NCBI GenBank assembly: GCA_965217775.1 | Contig: CBDCJH010000002.1 | Coordinates: 928,001-992,000 of the forward strand | DNA length: 64,000 bases | Reading direction: 5' to 3' | DNA from: Acidobacteriota bacterium | Lineage (GTDB): Bacteria > Acidobacteriota > UBA6911 > RPQK01 > JAJDTT01 | Shown: positions 58,043 through 64,000 of the stretch, piece after piece | Numbering within the stretch: the stretch's first letter is position 1 | Layout: each line of letters begins with the position of its first letter | The notes under the pieces: generated by a model | What the model saw: the letters and a program-made list of their open reading frames with translations, nothing else | What the model was told of the DNA's origin: nothing | Database searches by the model: none | Translations under genes and position numbers: made by a program

Positions 58043-59710
58043 TTACAGGGTCAGCACCACCGGGACGATCACGGGCCTCTTCTTCGTGCGCTTGCGCAAG
58101 AAACGCTTCAATCCAGTCTGCAGCATCTGCCCCAGCAGGCCTTCGTCCCGTTTCCCGTTGGCAACGGTTTCGGACACGAGACGGCGGATTCGGGCCCGAG
58201 TCTCGTGCATCAATTCCTGGGAGTCCTCGGGTTGAACGAATCCACGGGAGATCAGCTCCGGCTCCCCGATGAGTTCCCAGCTCATGGGGTCGATCCGGAG
58301 TCCCACCACCAGGACTCCATCGGTGGCCAGGAAACGGCGGTCTCTGAGCAGTTCCCGGTCCACCGGCCGCCGGATGCCCTGATCGATGAAGCGGCGTCCT
58401 GCCGGGACCTGGCCCAGGATCTCGGCCTTGTCGGGACTCAGGCCCAGGACTTCACCGGTCTCCAGCAGATGGACCTGGTCCGGAGGGATCCCCTGGCGCC
58501 GGGCCAAGCGGGCATGAGCCGCCAGTTGCCGGTATTCACCATGGATGGGAACGAAGAACCGGGGCCGGGTCAGGTTGATCATGAGCTTGAGGTCTTCCCG
58601 GTAACCGTGGCCGGAAGCGTGGATCGGCAGATGCCGGGAGTCCAGCACGCGGGCGCCTCTGCGGTTGAAATGGTTGATCATCTGGCCGATACCCTTCTCG
58701 TTGCCGGGGATGATTCGGGATGAGAGAAGGACCAGATCACCTGCCTCGATCCGGGTCTGCCGGACCTCGTCCACGGACAGCCGGCTCATGGCCGACATGG
58801 GCTCCCCTTGACTGCCGCTGGCCAACACGATCAGACGCTCGGAGGGAATCCGGGCCAGGTCTTCCCGGGATCTCAGGAGGTCGGAGTCGGTCCTCAGGTA
58901 TCCCAGCCGGGACGCCAGGCGGATATTGGAGACCATGCTCCTCCCCATGGGAACCACCTTCCGCCCCACCTCGCGGGCCAAGTCCAGGACGATCTGGATT
59001 CGGTGCATGCTGCTGGCGAAGGTGGCCAGGACGATCTTTCCCTCAGCTTGCCGAAACAGCTTTTCCAGAGGTTCGTAGACGGACGACTCGGAAGGGGAAA
59101 GACCCGGGACGTCTCCGTTGGTGCTGTCGGAAAAGAGCGCCAGAACGCCTTCCTGGCCCAGTTCGGCGAGTCTCGCCAAGTTGCTCCTGTGGCCATCGAT
59201 GGGGGTCTGGTCGAACTTGAAGTCTCCGCTCCAGATGATCCTGCCCACGGGGGTCCGGATCGCGAAGCAATAGCTTTCGGGAAAAGAATGGGTCACCCGG
59301 AGGGGTTCCACCTGGAAGGCGCCCAGGTCCACCGGCCGATCGGCTTCCAGCAGCCGAAGGTCCGCCTCCTTGTCCAACCCTCGTTCCCGGAGACGGGATG
59401 AGACCAGACCCAAAGTCAAACGGTTGGCATAGACCGGGACCTGGAGCTGGTCGATGATGTAGGAGACACCCCCGGCGTGGTCCTCGTGGCCGTGGGTCAG
59501 CACGATGGCTCGCAGCTGGCGCCGGTTCTCGAGCAGGAAACTGATGTCGGGAACCATCAGGTCCACTCCCAGGCTGGCCGCCGTGCGCCGGCCCGGCAGC
59601 ATCATCCCTGCATCGACCAGAATCAGGTCGTCTCCGGCCCGGAGGGCGGCACAGTTCATCCCGAATTCGCCCAACCCTCCCAAGGGGATAACTTCCAGTT
59701 GACTGCTCAT
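58043..59710 (-). CDS. rnj: ribonuclease J
   Basis: PLGGLGEFGMN, THGHEDH, GDFKFD, DSTN, GSQGEP, HASGH, PIHGEYR. Confidence 0.95.
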   Translation of the reverse strand: MSSQLEVIPLGGLGEFGMNCAALRAGDDLILVDAGMMLPGRRTAASLGVDLMVPDISFLLENRRQLRAIVLTHGHEDHAGGVSYIIDQLQVPVYANRLTLGLVSSRLRERGLDKEADLRLLEADRPVDLGAFQVEPLRVTHSFPESYCFAIRTPVGRIIWSGDFKFDQTPIDGHRSNLARLAELGQEGVLALFSDSTNGDVPGLSPSESSVYEPLEKLFRQAEGKIVLATFASSMHRIQIVLDLAREVGRKVVPMGRSMVSNIRLASRLGYLRTDSDLLRSREDLARIPSERLIVLASGSQGEPMSAMSRLSVDEVRQTRIEAGDLVLLSSRIIPGNEKGIGQMINHFNRRGARVLDSRHLPIHASGHGYREDLKLMINLTRPRFFVPIHGEYRQLAAHARLARRQGIPPDQVHLLETGEVLGLSPDKAEILGQVPAGRRFIDQGIRRPVDRELLRDRRFLATDGVLVVGLRIDPMSWELIGEPELISRGFVQPEDSQELMHETRARIRRLVSETVANGKRDEGLLGQMLQTGLKRFLRKRTKKRPVIVPVVLTL

Positions 59711-59721
59711 ATGGCGGCCAA

Positions 59722-60522
59722 CTATAGCATGCGTGCCAGACACACAAACTGTTCCAAAGACAACTCCTCCGCTCTCTGACGGGATTCGATTTCAGCGCTT
59801 TCGAAGGCCGGTTCCAGGCGCCCCTTCCAGGGTCCGAAAGCACTCCGGAGATTGTTCCTGAGTGTCTTCCTGCGCTGGCGGAATCCGGTCCGGATCAGCC
59901 GTAGGAAGCGGGCGTAGCAGGGGAGGTGGGCCGGACGTGGGCGCGGGATCAGCTGCATGGCGTGGGAGCGGACCGCGGGTGGCGGGGCAAAGGCGCCGGC
60001 CGGCACGTCGAAACCGCGAATCCGGGAAAACCGGTATTGGAGCACCAGCGTGAGGTAGCCGTAGGTCTTGGAGCCGGGCCGGGCCAGAATGCGCTGGGCG
60101 ACTTCTTTCTGGACCATGAAAGTGAAACTGTGAAACCGATGGCCGAAAGGAATCATCTTGGTGAGTACGGCGGTGGCGATATTGTAGGGAAGGTTGCCCA
60201 CCAGCTTGACGGGAGCTTCGGGAAAGGTGGAATCCCAGTCGAGATCCAAAACGTCGGATTGGATCAGCGTAAGCCGAGACCGGGACTCGGGCCTGAGACT
60301 GCGCTTGAGATGGTCGACCAAGTCGCGGTCGAACTCGATGGCGACCACGTTGCGGGATCGCGCCAGGATCAGACGCGTGAGCTGCCCGGTGCCGGGGCCG
60401 ATTTCGATGACCGTGTCCCGGCCCGTCGGCGCCGCCAGCCGGACCATCCGGCGGCAGTAGCCGGCGTCGTGGAGGAAGTGTTGCCCCAGCGAACGCTTGG
60501 CCCGGGGGAAGTTTGGAGTCAT
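59722..60522 (-). CDS. rsmA: 16S rRNA m6,2A dimethyltransferase
   Basis: AKRSLGQHFL, IEIGPGTG, GNLPYNI, MVQKEVA, F.QRRKTL. Confidence 0.95.
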   Translation of the reverse strand: MTPNFPRAKRSLGQHFLHDAGYCRRMVRLAAPTGRDTVIEIGPGTGQLTRLILARSRNVVAIEFDRDLVDHLKRSLRPESRSRLTLIQSDVLDLDWDSTFPEAPVKLVGNLPYNIATAVLTKMIPFGHRFHSFTFMVQKEVAQRILARPGSKTYGYLTLVLQYRFSRIRGFDVPAGAFAPPPAVRSHAMQLIPRPRPAHLPCYARFLRLIRTGFRQRRKTLRNNLRSAFGPWKGRLEPAFESAEIESRQRAEELSLEQFVCLARML

Positions 60523-60714
60523 ACGATTGATCGGTGGGACCGCAGGCAGTCCGCGGCGACTTTCACCGCAGGCTCCTATGTTAACATGTGCGGCTGTGAG
60601 CGCCCGGGTTTCTGCGCCACCGCAATACGAGGCAGTGAATAAAGGTTTCTGAAGGTCAGGCGGGGCCTGCGGAGGCGTTGGGCGCCCGTTGGATTGAGAT
60701 TTCAGGAGGTCAGG

Positions 60715-61041
60715 ATGAGCGACAAGGTTCAGGACGTGACAGATCAGAGTTTCGAGACAGACGTATTGCAGTCGAACGACCCCGTACTGGTGGATTTCTG
60801 GGCGGCTTGGTGCGCGCCCTGCCGGATGCTCTCTCCCACTATCGACCGGATTGCCCAGGACTTTTCCGGTCGCGCCAAAGTGGTCAAGCTCAACGTCGAC
60901 GACAACCGTGAGACCTCGGCCAAGTATGGGATCCGGGGCATTCCGACGCTGCTGCTCTTCAAGAACGGGGAACTCAGGGACCAGGTCGTCGGAGCCACGT
61001 CTCGAGAGAACATCGCTCGGCTGATCGAGAACCAGCTCTAG
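60715..61041 (+). CDS. trxA: thioredoxin
   Basis: VDFWAAWCAPC, GIPTL. RBS GGAGG. Confidence 0.93.
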   Translation: MSDKVQDVTDQSFETDVLQSNDPVLVDFWAAWCAPCRMLSPTIDRIAQDFSGRAKVVKLNVDDNRETSAKYGIRGIPTLLLFKNGELRDQVVGATSRENIARLIENQL

Positions 61042-61180
61042 CCGTCCCGGCGTTCGGGAATGGATGACTCCCCGGTTTACGGACATTCCGCACAGAGTCG
61101 ATTGCAGCTTGTCCTGAGGTCGGTTTGCGCACCGGTCCGGTCCAGATTGCTTAACCGCCTTTCCGTTTTTCGGCTGCACT

Positions 61181-62497
61181 ATGGCTAACGTCGTGATCGT
61201 CGGCACCCAATGGGGTGACGAAGGCAAAGGGAAAATCGTCGATCTGATCACCCGTCACTTCGACGTCGTCGCCCGTTACCAGGGCGGCCACAATGCCGGC
61301 CACACCGTTTCCGTGGCGGGGGCCAAGTATGTTCTCCACCTGATTCCGTCGGGGATCCTTCACCCCGACAAGGTGTGCGTCATCGGCAACGGGGTCGTGG
61401 TGGACCCGGTGGCTCTGGAAGAGGAACTGCTGGCGCTGGAGGAGTTTTCTCTGGAGGAACGGCTCCATGTCAGCAACCGGGCACACCTGATCATGCCCTA
61501 CCACCGGTTGCTGGAGGGCGCCGAGGAAAGTCGGCTGGGCAAGGCGAAGATCGGAACCACGAGCCGGGGCATCGGCCCCTGTTATGAAGACAAGATGGCC
61601 CGCCGGGGCATCCGGGTCGGCGACCTGTTGTCGCCCCGGCTCTTCCGCTCCAAGCTCCGAAACTATGCGGATCTGAAGAACCGCATTCTGAACCGGGTCT
61701 ACGGGCGTGACGGGGTGGACACTGGCCAGATCGAAGAGACCTATCTGGGCATCGGCGAACGGATCGCCTCTTATGTCACCGACACGGCCGAGTACCTGAA
61801 TCGGGAGATCCGGCGGGGAAAGAACATCCTCTTCGAGGGCGCCCAGGGAACGCTGCTGGACGTGGATCACGGGACCTATCCGTTCGTCACCTCCTCGAAT
61901 GCCACGGCCGGTGGAGCCTGTACCGGGAGCGGAGTGGGGCCGGGAGCCATCGACGGAGTGATGGGAATCACCAAGGCCTACACCACTCGTGTCGGAGGCG
62001 GGCCGTTTCCCACCGAGTTGGACGGTGCGGAGGGGGAGGAGATCCGGGAGCGGGGCGTCGAGTACGGCGCCACCACGGGGCGGCCCCGGCGTTGCGGATG
62101 GTTCGACGCCGTCGTGGCCCGCTACAGCAATCTGATCAACCACGTGGACACGCTCGTCGTCACCAAATTGGACGTTCTGGACCATTTGAAAGAGCTTCGG
62201 ATCTGTACCGGCTACGGCTACGGAGGGACCCGAATGACGAGTTTCCCCACCGACGTGGGAGCACTTGAAGACGTGAGCCCCGTCTACGAGACGCATCCCG
62301 GATGGCAGCAGGACACCTCCGACATTCAGAATTACGACGACCTGCCGGAGCAGGCCAAGTCCTATCTGCATCGGCTTGGCGAGCTCACCGGTGCGGATAT
62401 CTCCATCATCTCCACCGGTCCGAACCGGTCCGAAACCATCATTCTGGAGGAGAGCCCCCGGCTCCAGCGCCTACTGAAACCGCGCCGCGTGGCGTGA
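61181..62497 (+). CDS. purA: adenylosuccinate synthase
   Basis: QWGDEGKGK, GGHNAGHT, EGAQG, TTGRPRRCGW, TKLDVL. Confidence 0.97.
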   Translation: MANVVIVGTQWGDEGKGKIVDLITRHFDVVARYQGGHNAGHTVSVAGAKYVLHLIPSGILHPDKVCVIGNGVVVDPVALEEELLALEEFSLEERLHVSNRAHLIMPYHRLLEGAEESRLGKAKIGTTSRGIGPCYEDKMARRGIRVGDLLSPRLFRSKLRNYADLKNRILNRVYGRDGVDTGQIEETYLGIGERIASYVTDTAEYLNREIRRGKNILFEGAQGTLLDVDHGTYPFVTSSNATAGGACTGSGVGPGAIDGVMGITKAYTTRVGGGPFPTELDGAEGEEIRERGVEYGATTGRPRRCGWFDAVVARYSNLINHVDTLVVTKLDVLDHLKELRICTGYGYGGTRMTSFPTDVGALEDVSPVYETHPGWQQDTSDIQNYDDLPEQAKSYLHRLGELTGADISIISTGPNRSETIILEESPRLQRLLKPRRVA

Positions 62498-62629
62498 GGA
62501 GGGGCGATTTCCAGTCGCCCACAGGAGGGGCGATTTCCAATCGCCCATTCTCCGGCGCCAAATTGCGACTCCGGAGTTCGGCGGTTAGAAACCGCCGCTC
62601 CCGTTCGGCGACAAGAAAGTCGCCGCTCC
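62498..62629. repeat. REP cluster (two on +, two on -) between convergent genes
   Basis: GGAGGGGCGATTTCCARTCGCCC twice, then CGGCGGTTAGAAACCGCCGCTCC and CGGCGACAAGAAAGTCGCCGCTCC. Confidence 0.78.
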
Positions 62630-62630
62630 A

Positions 62631-64000
62631 TTAGAACTCGTACTCCAGTCCCGCGTAGAAGTTTCGGCCCAGCTCCGGGATTCGGCTGCGGGTAAAGGGA
62701 TTGGGAGAGTTGAGGTGATTGCTGTAGAGTCGATCTCCCAGATTTTCCACCCCCGCCTTCAGAGTCCATCCGGAGGTGAGCGAAGCACGCCCTCTCAGAT
62801 CGACGACGGTGTAACCATCGGTCATCTGCTCGAATCGGCTGGCGGCCACCCGGGTTTGACTGTCCAGCAGCGTGACCGCCAGTTCCACCCAGTAAAGCCT
62901 GTCGGGAGAGCTCAGTTCCAGGGCTGCCTGTCCCTGAAGTGGCGGTAGGCCCAGGATCGGTTCCCCGAACAGCTCGTCCACTCCCCAGATGTAGGAGAGG
63001 AATCCCCGGAGCCGGAAAACGGGAGCCAGCCCCTGTTCCAGAGTCAATTCCGCTCCGCGGAAACGGGCCTGAGAACCGTTGATGTAGCGGAACACGGTCG
63101 GCGGGCTCAGAGGCAGCCGCTTCCGCAGGGAGGGGTCCGCCTGCACGGTGATGTAGTTGCCGATCACGCGGTGAAAGAGGTCCAGGTCCAGGCGGGTCGT
63201 CTCCCGAATCAGGCTGCCGCCCAGATTGAATTCCAGGCTTTCTTCCGGGTTCAATGCCGGATTGCCCATGAACTCGGCCGCGATCTGGAATTTGGTCGCG
63301 GGGAATCGGTCCGAATAACGCTCCAGGACGGTGGCGGTTCGCACGGCGCGTCCCAGTCCGGCGGTCAAGGACACGACCCGGCTGATCGACCATCTGCCGT
63401 TCAAGGCGGCGCTCAGATGGGTCTCCTCCCGGTCGAGCCCGCCCTGGGTGTTGGCGGCGAAGAAGTCGGAAACCGTGCCGGCGGTGGATTGGACCCGATC
63501 GAGCCGGACCGTTCCCGCCAATTCGGTGTGCTCTCCCTCACGGAGCATCTGGACATAGAATCCCTGGTCGTTCAATTCGGCATCGGGCCAGACCACGTCC
63601 CGGAACAGGAGGACCCTGGGAGTGCGCCTGAAGATGGACCGGGTGGCCGTCTGGTTCGAATTATAGAAGTCCAGTCCGAACCTCCAGTCCCAGAGACCAC
63701 GCTCGACCAGGGCCGAGAAGTCTCCACCGATGGTATTCGACTCGGTGGGAAGGTCCACCAATAGACCGAACGGAGGCTTCCGGCCGGGCATCGGGCGCGC
63801 CGTGGGCTTCTCCTCGTTGTTCATGAGATGGTCCTTCAAGTTCAGGTAGAACTGGCCTCGGATCTCGGAAAGGGCCCCTCCGGTCGGACTCCAGGTCAAC
63901 CCCACGGCATTGGACCGGGTATGGAAGTAGGTGGCGTCCAGGATCCGTCCGGGGTAATCGATGCCATGCTGTTGCTGATAGCTCCCGGCATAGTCCAGGA
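62631..64000 (-). CDS. TonB-dependent receptor, 3' part (5' end outside the window)
   Basis: GNPALNPEES, GVENLGDRLY, C-terminal PELGRNFYAGLEYEF. Confidence 0.9.
   Translation of the reverse strand, partial: LDYAGSYQQQHGIDYPGRILDATYFHTRSNAVGLTWSPTGGALSEIRGQFYLNLKDHLMNNEEKPTARPMPGRKPPFGLLVDLPTESNTIGGDFSALVERGLWDWRFGLDFYNSNQTATRSIFRRTPRVLLFRDVVWPDAELNDQGFYVQMLREGEHTELAGTVRLDRVQSTAGTVSDFFAANTQGGLDREETHLSAALNGRWSISRVVSLTAGLGRAVRTATVLERYSDRFPATKFQIAAEFMGNPALNPEESLEFNLGGSLIRETTRLDLDLFHRVIGNYITVQADPSLRKRLPLSPPTVFRYINGSQARFRGAELTLEQGLAPVFRLRGFLSYIWGVDELFGEPILGLPPLQGQAALELSSPDRLYWVELAVTLLDSQTRVAASRFEQMTDGYTVVDLRGRASLTSGWTLKAGVENLGDRLYSNHLNSPNPFTRSRIPELGRNFYAGLEYEF

Overview
High-GC bacterial chromosomal window, most likely Acidobacteriota (inferred from five VWFA-related 'Acidobacterial-type' VWA genes and the gene content). 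Most of it is housekeeping: selA, purH, coaX, comEC, gcvT-H-PA-PB, ccsA-hemA-hemC-hemD, trpS-scpA-scpB-rluB, ribE/ribBA-like, larE, ggt, amidase/SLT, alaS, ilvE, ftsK, rnj, rsmA, trxA, purA. Overlaid on this are three accessory layers. (i) Small non-autonomous elements: a 158-bp MITE in 8 copies plus solo ends, with 18-bp TIRs and 4-bp target duplications, stop-free in 5 of 6 frames and with a net insertion size of 162 bp. One copy sits in-frame as a 54-aa insert in the catalytic motif of an AbiEii-type nucleotidyltransferase, and another supplies the C-terminus of LarE. There is also a second MITE-like family, mosaic GGAG/GTAG REP doublets, and a 7x52-bp REP tandem array upstream of comEC. 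(ii) A ~5.8-kb TA/defence-like island at 23.0-28.9 kb containing a 617-bp direct duplication. (iii) An uncharacterised five-gene envelope cluster at 5.4-9.7 kb (CxxC-P cytochrome-c-like protein, beta-barrel, DUF547, GT2, GT-C-type membrane transferase). No rRNA, tRNA, CRISPR array or transposase was recognised. All calls come from reading the sequence by eye; no database search was run.
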